Virus record (IMG/VR): IMGVR_UViG_3300032282_001299
Coordinates: 1 to 24,702 of that record
DNA from: a virus
Taxonomy: Duplodnaviria > Caudoviricetes
Length of the DNA stretch: 24,702 bases
Strand: one strand, 5' to 3'
Positions 1-6,759 of this stretch are shown one piece after another. Each line of letters starts with the position of its first letter. Position 1 is the stretch's first letter. The translations under genes were made by a program, and so were the position numbers. The notes below the pieces were generated by a model that was not told the origin of the DNA, searched no databases, and saw only the letters and a list, made by a program, of their open reading frames with translations.

Positions 1-205
1 GCTCGTAGTCAAGTGCTTGCTCGATAGCAACAACATCTTCTATTGACATTGTGATGCGCCCTGATTCCCAAGAAGATACTAAAGGCTGCGACACTCCTAG
101 TTTCTTGGCAAGTTCAGATTGGCTTATCTTTTTATCGGTTCGTTCCTTCTTCAGGATTTGAGCACCATGAAGTCGGGTTTGGTTGGAAGTTTTTCGGGAA
201 CTCAT
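1..205 (-). CDS. XRE-family helix-turn-helix transcriptional regulator (runs off the left edge)
   Basis: Not in the ORF track. Hand translation from ATG 205: MSSRKTSNQTRLHGAQILKKERTDKKISQSELAKKLGVSQPLVSSWESGRITMSIEDVVAIEQALDYE..., a classic Cro/CI HTH_3 pattern (SQxELA..LGVSQ..VS.WE.G). Confidence 0.85.
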   Translation of the reverse strand, partial: MSSRKTSNQTRLHGAQILKKERTDKKISQSELAKKLGVSQPLVSSWESGRITMSIEDVVAIEQALDYE

Positions 206-214
206 GCTTTTATC

Positions 215-382
215 TTATTCCTTTTTATTCTGTTCTGCAATAACTGTTTCATATTTGAACTCCCTTTGCCGACCAGCATCTGGTCTAGGGCATATGTGAG
301 ATGGTGGTGCAGACAGATGAACAAATGTAATAAGAACCTGTGGGCATCTATGGCATCGCCATTCGCTGACAGGCTTGCTCAT
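215..382 (-). CDS. Small hypothetical protein (55 aa) with CxxC...HxC possible Zn-binding motif
   Basis: Start revised to ATG 382 (MSKPVSEWRCHRCPQ...SHICP), coupled by TAATG overlap to the upstream small ORF. The track start at 481 overlaps that ORF. Confidence 0.6.
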   Translation of the reverse strand: MSKPVSEWRCHRCPQVLITFVHLSAPPSHICPRPDAGRQREFKYETVIAEQNKKE

Positions 383-516
383 TATTTCTTCTTTTGCCTT
401 ACGCCGTAGTCCCATCCGTATAGCCAGCCTAAGCCAGCACCACAGACCATCCCGAACAAAGCGAAACCTAAGTCTCGCCACTCTTGCCCAAGGTGTATTA
501 CCACTTCACCAATCAT
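382..516 (-). CDS. Small membrane protein (44 aa)
   Basis: Hand translation MIGEVVIHLGQEWRDLGFALFGMVCGAGLGWLYGWDYGVRQKKK. AAGGAG RBS upstream, one hydrophobic Gly-rich segment and a basic tail. Fills the gap exactly. Confidence 0.6.
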   Translation of the reverse strand: MIGEVVIHLGQEWRDLGFALFGMVCGAGLGWLYGWDYGVRQKKK

Positions 517-530
517 TTTCTTTCTCCTTT

Positions 531-986
531 TTATTTATATTTGAGGCATCCGTAATGCCATTTCTTGACAACAGATTTATTACTTCTGCATATCATAGAC
601 TTTAGAACTTCACTATTGCGAACACAGCCCCAACCCCACATCCCAACTGGATATACAAACTGACCATCAGGTTCAGTATGTCCCTTGAAGGCGATTGCAT
701 CAGCAACCTTGACCTGCTGTCGGGCTGTCTTGTTCTTAGCACTAGACGAGTTGCTCCATCGTTTCCATGTGCCACGATATATTCCTAAGCCACCAGTGTA
801 AGAGCGTGTGGAATGTTGCCAGTTGCCACCAGTTTCACATTGAGCGAGCCTGTCATAGTATTTATCAGGCATTACTCCGTGATACTTCTGATGACCAGTA
901 GATGCTTGGGTCGCTTCAGCCGGCACGATAAATAAAAGCAGGGGTACAAGTACCAACATAGTTATTGGTTTTCTGTTTCTTCGCAT
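531..986 (-). CDS. Secreted resuscitation-promoting-factor (Rpf)-like lytic transglycosylase
   Basis: AGGAGG RBS before ATG 986. Signal peptide MRRNRKPITMLVLVPLLLFIVPAEA. YDRLAQCETGGNW...YTGGLGIYRGTW...QQVKVA...WGWGC matches the Rpf consensus (WD.lAqCESGGNW...yyGGLQF...TW...eQiavA...W..C), including the catalytic Glu. Confidence 0.8.
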   Translation of the reverse strand: MRRNRKPITMLVLVPLLLFIVPAEATQASTGHQKYHGVMPDKYYDRLAQCETGGNWQHSTRSYTGGLGIYRGTWKRWSNSSSAKNKTARQQVKVADAIAFKGHTEPDGQFVYPVGMWGWGCVRNSEVLKSMICRSNKSVVKKWHYGCLKYK

Positions 987-1621
987 TGTATTGCCTCCTG
1001 TATAGGCGCACCTGCCGATGTGGCTAGTGGGATGTCTAACTGATGAGGTTTCGCTACCGTGAGGAAACCTTCCTGAATAAGTTGGAAGTTGATGTCCTTC
1101 TCGTATTCCTCTATTACACGAGAGTATGTCCATCCTAGCCGACCAAACACGATGCCCTTAGTAATCCACTGGTCTTTCCAACTTTCTTTGCGAGGCGTGT
1201 TATTGGTTTTAGTTCTAGTGGCTTTAGTTAGTTCGCCACCTGTGATGCCACCCCTACCCTCAGCCTTGAGACGAGGTGGTACAAGATTTGAAGCCACCCC
1301 CTTAGGGAATGACCGAACAACATACAAGTTAGATGTGTAATCTCCCGACTCGCTTTTGCGATGAGTTATCTCAATAGCCCCACCATCGGACAGTTCCTTG
1401 ATAGCCCTATCCAATGTTGAAACAGAAACCCTCGCTCGCATAGCAAGCAAACGCCTTGAAGGGAAACACTCACCAGTTGTGTTATCAGCAAACCTACGCA
1501 AGCAACAATAAACACGGATTGCATTTGCAGATACAGGTAACGCTAATACCCACTCGGGAACAATCGCAAAATAGAAATCTGCAGATACGGCAATAGGGTT
1601 CTGTTCAGGTGTATCGTTCAT
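962..1621 (-). CDS. Phage replication initiator-like protein, N-terminal winged HTH (HTH_36-like)
   Basis: GGAGG RBS before ATG 1621. FAIVPEW...AIRVYCCLRRFAD...CFPSRRLLA.RARVSVSTLDRAIKEL...G...SNLY is typical of phage replisome-organiser N-termini. Confidence 0.75.
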   Translation of the reverse strand: MNDTPEQNPIAVSADFYFAIVPEWVLALPVSANAIRVYCCLRRFADNTTGECFPSRRLLAMRARVSVSTLDRAIKELSDGGAIEITHRKSESGDYTSNLYVVRSFPKGVASNLVPPRLKAEGRGGITGGELTKATRTKTNNTPRKESWKDQWITKGIVFGRLGWTYSRVIEEYEKDINFQLIQEGFLTVAKPHQLDIPLATSAGAPIQEAIQCEETENQ

Positions 1622-1623
1622 AT

Positions 1624-1675
1624 GCCAACCTCCATTGGCTTCGTGAGGGGGAGTCTGTCGGGGGCTCCCCTTCAC
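1624..1675 (-). promoter_or_regulatory. Two tandem hairpins in the leader of the replication initiator gene
   Basis: mRNA GUGAAGGGGAG-CCCCCGACAGA-CUCCCCCUCAC (1643-1675), then GCCAA-UGGAGG-UUGGC (1624-1639) with the SD sequence in the loop. Confidence 0.45.
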
Positions 1676-2112
1676 CCTTTCTCTAGGTCATCTAGTAATG
1701 CCATAAAGTTTTGGAACTCGGACAGTCTCATTATTATTAGACCGTCACTTGTTCCATCAGGCATCGCCACCATACCAAAAGGTCGGATGTCTCCGAGCGC
1801 AGAACCATTTTTACTTTGCTGTTCAGCAAGTAGGAAGCGAGTGTAGATAGGCTGCACCTGCTTACCTGCTTTCACTTCAACACGAATAGCCCCTCCCCAC
1901 ACTTCTTCATGTCGTGAGTTCACGCCACCAAGACCAAGCATTTTGCGAGCATGTCTCGCTTTGCTATCGCCTTTACTGCGATTACGCTTGCCCATACACT
2001 GTTTGCATTTGCAGTCCTTGACATGGTCTATCGGTCTACGACGTAGTGTTCCCCATAAGCCACAGCCACATGCGCAGTCGCCTTTACGCTTCTGCTCAAT
2101 GGGAGCGTTCAT
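1672..2112 (-). CDS. Cys-rich protein with putative PD-(D/E)xK nuclease (Holliday junction resolvase-like) C-terminal part
   Basis: N-terminal CACGCG and CKCKQC motifs. RNRSKGDSKAR helix, then IRVEVKAGKQ (ExK) and a C-terminal LIIMRLSEF pattern as in Hjc-like resolvases. Located in the recombination/replication module. Confidence 0.5.
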   Translation of the reverse strand: MNAPIEQKRKGDCACGCGLWGTLRRRPIDHVKDCKCKQCMGKRNRSKGDSKARHARKMLGLGGVNSRHEEVWGGAIRVEVKAGKQVQPIYTRFLLAEQQSKNGSALGDIRPFGMVAMPDGTSDGLIIMRLSEFQNFMALLDDLEKG

Positions 2113-2299
2113 TGTCTAAGGCTTTCTGAAGTCGTCTGTTATGTTCGTAAGCCTTTGTAAGTTCCTGCGCTAACTGCCCAATGTGACCGAACATTTTTTT
2201 GGTGCAAAAACAATGTGGGCTTGAGTTCAGTTCAATGTCGCATTCCCGATAGTGGTATTGACCGTTCAGCCCTGTGGGCATATACATAATTGAGTTCAT
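2096..2299 (-). CDS. Hypothetical protein (67 aa)
   Basis: Start revised to ATG 2299 (GAAAGGA RBS, ATGA overlap with upstream stop). HxxxC...CxC motif and C-terminal coiled coil. Confidence 0.6.
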   Translation of the reverse strand: MNSIMYMPTGLNGQYHYRECDIELNSSPHCFCTKKMFGHIGQLAQELTKAYEHNRRLQKALDNERSH

Positions 2300-2769
2300 T
2301 TGTTTTCCTTTTCTTTCATAAGTTCTTGGGCTAGGTTCTTCCAACGGTCTCGGTCAGCAGTAAGTTCTGCTACCTGCTCCTTTAGTTTCTCGTTTTCTTC
2401 CATACGCAATACTCCCACCGTCTTTACAGGCTCATCAAATCTGTCTTCAACGGCATAGTGGTCACGGTATTTCACATGCACATAAGGGTGGCATCTGTCT
2501 CGCTGATTTCGTAGCACGAACACTTCACCATTGGCGTGCATTTTAGATAACGCACCCGAGATTTGACCGTGATGCAGTCGTAGTATCTCACCGAGTTCTC
2601 GCCAAGTTGCTCCTTGCTCGCCAATCACATCTAGATATTTGGTTATCTTTTTATGCCGTTGGTTTCTTACGCCACTCTTTGACTCTCGGAACGCCCTATC
2701 TCGTGATGCTGGATTATTGACAAATCCATCCGTGTCGTCAAACCAGTTGAACAATGGTTCGTCATTCAC
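2296..2769 (-). CDS. Winged-helix DNA-binding protein with C-terminal coiled coil
   Basis: Probable GTG start 2769 after AGGAG. GATWRELGEILRLHHGQISGALSKMHANGEV resembles a wHTH. Confidence 0.6.
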   Translation of the reverse strand: MNDEPLFNWFDDTDGFVNNPASRDRAFRESKSGVRNQRHKKITKYLDVIGEQGATWRELGEILRLHHGQISGALSKMHANGEVFVLRNQRDRCHPYVHVKYRDHYAVEDRFDEPVKTVGVLRMEENEKLKEQVAELTADRDRWKNLAQELMKEKENK

Positions 2770-3004
2770 TTTTGTTATCTCCTGTATCCCATTTTTCTGC
2801 AAGGGGCGTGATGTCTGCAAATAACTCAGCACCTTTCTCTGTCATCCGTTGAGCCAAGTTGTTCATCTCCTCGTGAAGCAGAATGATGTATTGCACCAAC
2901 TTGGTGTTGATAGTCACATGGTCGTCTAGTTGTTTTATTGACTCGATAAGACTTTCGGTCAGAGATTTGTTTATTTCTTTGTAGTTGTTTTCGGGTATAT
3001 CCAT
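2762..3004 (-). CDS. Hypothetical protein (80 aa, helical)
   Basis: AAAGGAAAG RBS. Fills the gap between the ERF and wHTH genes. Confidence 0.6.
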   Translation of the reverse strand: MDIPENNYKEINKSLTESLIESIKQLDDHVTINTKLVQYIILLHEEMNNLAQRMTEKGAELFADITPLAEKWDTGDNKSE

Positions 3005-3013
3005 GTCTTTCCT

Positions 3014-3751
3014 TTACTTGTGAACAATGCGAGGACGGCTATCTTCACCGAACTCTATTGAGGCTGTGTCTTTGGTGACTGCTAAAAGGTCAGCGATAAA
3101 AGCAGACGCTTCAGCAGAGTTCATCTCACTCGGCACTTTGCCTGCAATCTCGGCAATGTCTTCTTCTGCAAGTTCAATCTTTGTAGCCAACTTAGTAATA
3201 AAACTAGATTGTGAGTCGCTTATCGGATGATTACCTGACGCTTGTGGCTTGCCACTCGCTACTTGCTTTACTGGTGCTTTCTTTACTGCCGACCCGACAG
3301 TCACTCTCGGTGATTCAGCCGGCAATGGAGAGCGCACAAAGGTGTCTGCATCGGGGTCTTGGTCATCGGTGGGTAAGCACAATGTCTGCAATAACGCTGT
3401 GCGATAAGCAACGCTCATTGCTTTTGCTGTTGCTTTGTCTCCACTATCCATAGACTCAGCACTTACTGTTGCTGTTACAGAAGTTCCGTCTACGGCGTGG
3501 AAAGTGTATTGAACCATTACTCGTGCATGACCCATTGTTGTTCTGTTCTGTCCGACCTGCACCGATTCGTATTCGCTAGTAATAACTGTAGGTGTGCAAA
3601 AGATGCCGTGCTTTCGGAACGCAGGTGATACTGCATTGATAACAGCATCGATGCCTCGGAAGTTGAAGTTCTGATGAGTGTTGCGCTGTTCTTTGCCGAC
3701 AGCACCCACATCTTTCATCACCTCGTTTAGTGCTTGATAAATGTTTGTCAT
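3014..3751 (-). CDS. ERF-family single-strand annealing protein
   Basis: IYQALNEVMKDVGAVGK...NFNFRGIDAVINAVSPAFRKHGI and SMDSGDKATAKAMSVAYRTALLQTLCLPTDD.DPD are ERF-superfamily signatures. Adjacent to a YqaJ exonuclease. Confidence 0.85.
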   Translation of the reverse strand: MTNIYQALNEVMKDVGAVGKEQRNTHQNFNFRGIDAVINAVSPAFRKHGIFCTPTVITSEYESVQVGQNRTTMGHARVMVQYTFHAVDGTSVTATVSAESMDSGDKATAKAMSVAYRTALLQTLCLPTDDQDPDADTFVRSPLPAESPRVTVGSAVKKAPVKQVASGKPQASGNHPISDSQSSFITKLATKIELAEEDIAEIAGKVPSEMNSAEASAFIADLLAVTKDTASIEFGEDSRPRIVHK

Positions 3752-3764
3752 TGTTTTTCCTTTT

Positions 3765-4721
3765 CTATTTTAGTTTCAAGACACGATAGGTCGTGTCAGG
3801 TTTCCGAAACTGGCTAGCCAGTGCCGAGAGTTCAGGGTTATGGTTCAACATTCTGTCAATGTCAATACTGCCCTTGCGACTTTGTCTTTTGTAAGAAACA
3901 ACTGCTTGACCATTGAACGTTCCCACCTGCACATCTTTCAACATGCGAGCAACACGGTCACGAGCGTTTGCTTCTGCATCCTTGAGTAAGTTCATCTGGT
4001 CTTTCCACGCTCTGTATTCCTCAAGTGCTGACATCTCATCAGCCGTTAGTTCACGTTCGCCAACTGGGTCAGGAAACATTAGGTCTACTTGTTTGGATGT
4101 CAGGCCATCAGCGAGTTGGTCAAGGATTGTTCCGTCATCTATTTTCGCACCAATCAGTTCTGCTTGTTCACGCATCTCCTCGATACAGAAGGGGTCTGCC
4201 TCAACAGTCCAAAATCCAAGGCGCATATATTTGTCAAGGGCTACAACAACTGTTTCGTTGCAGCCGACAGCATCCATCTGCGCTTGCGCTTGCCAAAAAT
4301 AACTTATTGGAATTGTGTCTGAAAGTGCATAGGCCGTTGTTGTCTTAGCCTCAACGGTGCGAGTGGCAATGCCGTTCTCGTCAAACTGTATGCCGTCTAG
4401 CGTTGCCACGATACGGTCACGCTGGTACATCACATCTGGAAGTGTTACTTCGCCGTAGTGCCTGCGAGCGAACTCAATAAGTGCTGGCTCAAGGATGTGT
4501 CCTCTAAGTGTTGCATCGTTGCTTGACGATGAGAAGTTCGGGTTCACTTTCTTTATCACAAGGTCAGCGAGGTTGTCCCATTGAGAGACACCCATCAATG
4601 CTGGTATTTCGGAAGCACCGAAAACTGTTCCACCATTCTGCGTTCGTCTTTGTTCAAGCCAAGCCTCTGAGCCATAGCGAGCCTTTGGAAAGGTTCGTCT
4701 TTTGTTTGCATCCATATCCAT
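3765..4721 (-). CDS. YqaJ/lambda-exonuclease-family recombination nuclease
   Basis: WLEQRR..., FGASEIPALMGVSQW, RGHILEP, ATLDG, VEAKT and YFWQAQAQM motifs. Start set at ATG 4721 after GAAAGGA. Confidence 0.9.
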   Translation of the reverse strand: MDMDANKRRTFPKARYGSEAWLEQRRTQNGGTVFGASEIPALMGVSQWDNLADLVIKKVNPNFSSSSNDATLRGHILEPALIEFARRHYGEVTLPDVMYQRDRIVATLDGIQFDENGIATRTVEAKTTTAYALSDTIPISYFWQAQAQMDAVGCNETVVVALDKYMRLGFWTVEADPFCIEEMREQAELIGAKIDDGTILDQLADGLTSKQVDLMFPDPVGERELTADEMSALEEYRAWKDQMNLLKDAEANARDRVARMLKDVQVGTFNGQAVVSYKRQSRKGSIDIDRMLNHNPELSALASQFRKPDTTYRVLKLK

Positions 4722-4807
4722 TTGTGTTCCTTTCAATGAACTTTATTTGTTGTTGTAATCATAACGAAGGCGTGTATCAGAGAACAGGCAAACATAAAAG
4801 TTTTACC

Positions 4808-4841
4808 CAATAAGAAAATCCCCCACCGAAGTGGGGGATTT
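4808..4841 (-). terminator. Rho-independent terminator after the orphan gene
   Basis: Perfect 11-bp stem AAAUCCCCCAC/GUGGGGGAUUU with a UUCG loop (4816-4841), running into U-rich UUUUCUUAUU on the minus strand. Confidence 0.85.
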
Positions 4842-4868
4842 ACTTCCAAGTGAAAAGGCAAGATTGTG

Positions 4869-5399
4869 TTAGTCGGTATTTGAAATACTTTCTCCGTACT
4901 GAGCAAGGTTCACTTCAGAGAAGCCGTATGTCCTAAGTCGCTCAACGCCACCAACAGAAGCAATGTTCCAATCCGTAGCGACCACTGCATCGTGCGATGG
5001 GTCGCCCATGTGGACTGGATATATTTTCGCCGTGTCAATGTCTCGGTTGCTTGTTCGCAGAACAAAGATGATTTGGTTATGCAAGCAAAAGTAGTTTGGG
5101 TAGTGTTCCAAGACATGGGAAATCTTTTCCACTCTCCAAACCCATTCATGAGTTCCCAAGACCTGATGCACTTGAGTACGGAAGTTGTTGTTGAAATCAG
5201 AACCTGATGTCGTTGGAGTAACGATTGACTGGTCAAGGTATAAGTCGGTCATGAAACCATTGACTGGAATAATCGCACGAAGGATTGTTCCACCCCCTCG
5301 TCCATTGACTTCTCTTAGTGCTTGACGCAATCGTTGTCTCACCTGATTAGGCGAGAAGTGTGTAAGTGCTCTGCGTTGAGAGCCAGTTGGTGTAGGCAT
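4869..5399 (-). CDS. Orphan hypothetical protein (176 aa), moron-like
   Basis: Open ORF with GAAAGGA RBS, its own promoter-like element and its own terminator. No motif recognised. Confidence 0.7.
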   Translation of the reverse strand: MPTPTGSQRRALTHFSPNQVRQRLRQALREVNGRGGGTILRAIIPVNGFMTDLYLDQSIVTPTTSGSDFNNNFRTQVHQVLGTHEWVWRVEKISHVLEHYPNYFCLHNQIIFVLRTSNRDIDTAKIYPVHMGDPSHDAVVATDWNIASVGGVERLRTYGFSEVNLAQYGESISNTD

Positions 5400-5431
5400 C
5401 GGTAATCCTTTCTCTTATTTCCGACAAACAA

Positions 5432-5440
5432 ATAATACCA
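5432..5440 (-). promoter_or_regulatory. Putative extended -10 promoter (TGGTATTAT) for the orphan gene
   Basis: TGn-TATTAT about 32 nt upstream of ATG 5399. No convincing -35. Confidence 0.4.
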
Positions 5441-5475
5441 AACGCTAATCACAGATGTGTGTCTGTTTGATTTAT

Positions 5476-5549
5476 CTACCCAATGTGAAACTGCACTTCA
5501 CATCAGTCTGATGTTGCAGTTCAGTTCAATGTTGAAGTGGGTAGCCACT
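5476..5549. repeat. Nested inverted repeats
   Basis: ACATCAG-T-CTGATGT (5500-5514) inside AACTGCA/TGCAGTT (5489-5521) inside CTACCCA/TGGGTAG (5476-5544). Confidence 0.6.
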
Positions 5550-5573
5550 AGCAAACATCGCCACCGAAAACAA

Positions 5574-5675
5574 CTACCCGATACCCGATAAAGGTCAGCG
5601 GCGAATCCGGGATGACCCGATACCCGATGCTGTTTATTGAGTTGAAATCCGATTGGCAATCTCGCTACCCGATAC
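5574..5675. repeat. Iteron-like ACCCGAT repeats
   Basis: ACCCGATACCCGAT at 5576-5589 and 5615-5628. CTACCCGATAC at 5574-5584 and 5665-5675. Confidence 0.7.
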
Positions 5676-5737
5676 TTTTTTGAGGGGCGTTTTGGAACGC
5701 AACCCACCCCCCCCAAAAACGACACATATATAGAGGT

Positions 5738-5796
5738 AAGGGTTTCCCAGTATCTAAAGGGTTTCCCAGTTTTGCCCTATTTCGTCATAACGAAAT
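5738..5796. repeat. 14-bp direct repeat plus operator-like palindrome
   Basis: AAGGGTTTCCCAGT at 5738-5751 and 5757-5770. ATTTCGT-CATA-ACGAAAT at 5779-5796. Confidence 0.7.
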
Positions 5797-5815
5797 TATT
5801 GGGGGGTCTCAGTGC

Positions 5816-6292
5816 CTAAGGTTTAGGCAGACTTCTCCATGCTTTTTCAAATGCATCTGCATCATCAGCCATCGCAGGACTTAGTTCAACATGCAACCAT
5901 TTGCCCCCGATACTTCCAGCAGACTCAGCCTCGTTCTTATACACCTTGACCAGTTCTTCACCGACCTTGCGCTTGCACCGATAACCCCTGCCGAACTTCC
6001 CGAACGAATAGTCATGGACTTCTTCGATACCCAATACATCAGCGTGTTCAACAAACCAGTCAAATGCTTGCAATGCTTTGTTTCGGTCATCACGCCCATA
6101 CCCGATATCTGCAGCACGACCAGTAGCATGCACCGATAGTTGTCCAGGCTTCCCACGCATATCCCGAACTACCCATGTGCCGAGATTGCTGAAGTGCCAC
6201 CTGCGATTGCAGAGATAAACTAGGCGTTCAGTTCCTTCACGCTTGCCTTTGCTCGCTCCGTCAGATGTTCCTGTGTATGGTCTAACTGGCAT
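5816..6292 (-). CDS. Endolysin, M15-type Zn peptidase (catalytic domain only)
   Basis: R...SVHATGRAADI (SxHxxGxAxD) and WLHVE motifs. Directly downstream of holin-like genes. Confidence 0.75.
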   Translation of the reverse strand: MPVRPYTGTSDGASKGKREGTERLVYLCNRRWHFSNLGTWVVRDMRGKPGQLSVHATGRAADIGYGRDDRNKALQAFDWFVEHADVLGIEEVHDYSFGKFGRGYRCKRKVGEELVKVYKNEAESAGSIGGKWLHVELSPAMADDADAFEKAWRSLPKP

Positions 6293-6551
6293 CGTGCTTG
6301 CTTCTATCTACGCCGAAGGCTTTATCTATTTCGTCTTTAGTAAGTTTGCCGTCGCTCATAGATTTGCTCAGGTCATAAACAACTAGTGCAACTGCAGCGC
6401 CACCAGCCTGCAATGCTTGAAACCACATTGGTACATCTACCTTGTCGGTGAATGCTTGAATTACTCCTGTGCCTGTGATAATGCCCAATGCCGACGATAC
6501 GAACAAGGCGATGAGCCGAGTTGCTACATCCTTGAAAACATTTATGTTCAT
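6282..6551 (-). CDS. Putative holin (89 aa, two hydrophobic segments)
   Basis: Start revised to ATG 6551 (AGGAGG RBS, ATGA overlap): MNINVFKDVATRLIALFVSSALGII...AGGAAVALVVY...DGKLTKDEIDKAF. Precedes the endolysin. Confidence 0.65.
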   Translation of the reverse strand: MNINVFKDVATRLIALFVSSALGIITGTGVIQAFTDKVDVPMWFQALQAGGAAVALVVYDLSKSMSDGKLTKDEIDKAFGVDRSKHDAS

Positions 6552-6712
6552 TCTTCCTCCTGAGTGAAGATACCTACTAAGTGTACTGCTAAACCTGCCA
6601 ATGAAATGTATATACCCATACGGCGAGTGTCGCCTGCCAATGTGATAAGAACCAAGCCTGTGCCTGCCAATGTCCACGACAGTTCGCCAAGTTCCTGAAA
6701 AATCTTTTTCAC
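6548..6712 (-). CDS. Small two-TM membrane protein (54 aa), possible lysis accessory
   Basis: Not in track. From GTG 6712 (GAGGA RBS; alternative ATG 6727): MKKIFQELGELSWTLAGTGLVLITLAGDTRRMGIYISLAGLAVHLVGIFTQEEE. Its stop overlaps the holin ATG. Confidence 0.65.
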   Translation of the reverse strand: MKKIFQELGELSWTLAGTGLVLITLAGDTRRMGIYISLAGLAVHLVGIFTQEEE

Positions 6713-6759
6713 CCTAAATCCTCTCATTAGAGTCTGATGTCGGGGAACTGTTGTAAATC

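Noticed and set aside
1200-1235. AACTAAAGCCA/AACTAAAACCA repeat inside the initiator gene as a lambda-like origin
   Set aside because: Only two imperfect copies, too weak to call, though not excluded.
4910-5236. 108-aa alternative-frame ORF inside the orphan gene
   Set aside because: Fully nested in a longer ORF that has the RBS and promoter. No independent support.
5498-5725. 75-aa minus-strand ORF in the intergenic gap
   Set aside because: It runs through DNA repeats and a homopolymer tract, has no RBS and is not protein-like.
5574-5770. Possible mini-CRISPR array
   Set aside because: Repeats are only 7-14 bp with irregular spacing, and there are no cas genes.
6593-6672. CATTGGCAGG occurring three times on the minus strand
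   Set aside because: Explained by three Leu-Ala-Gly codon runs in the small membrane ORF.
6731-6740. AGTCTGATGT identical to 5505-5514
   Set aside because: A single 10-mer match is expected by chance in 25 kb, and the palindrome is not preserved.
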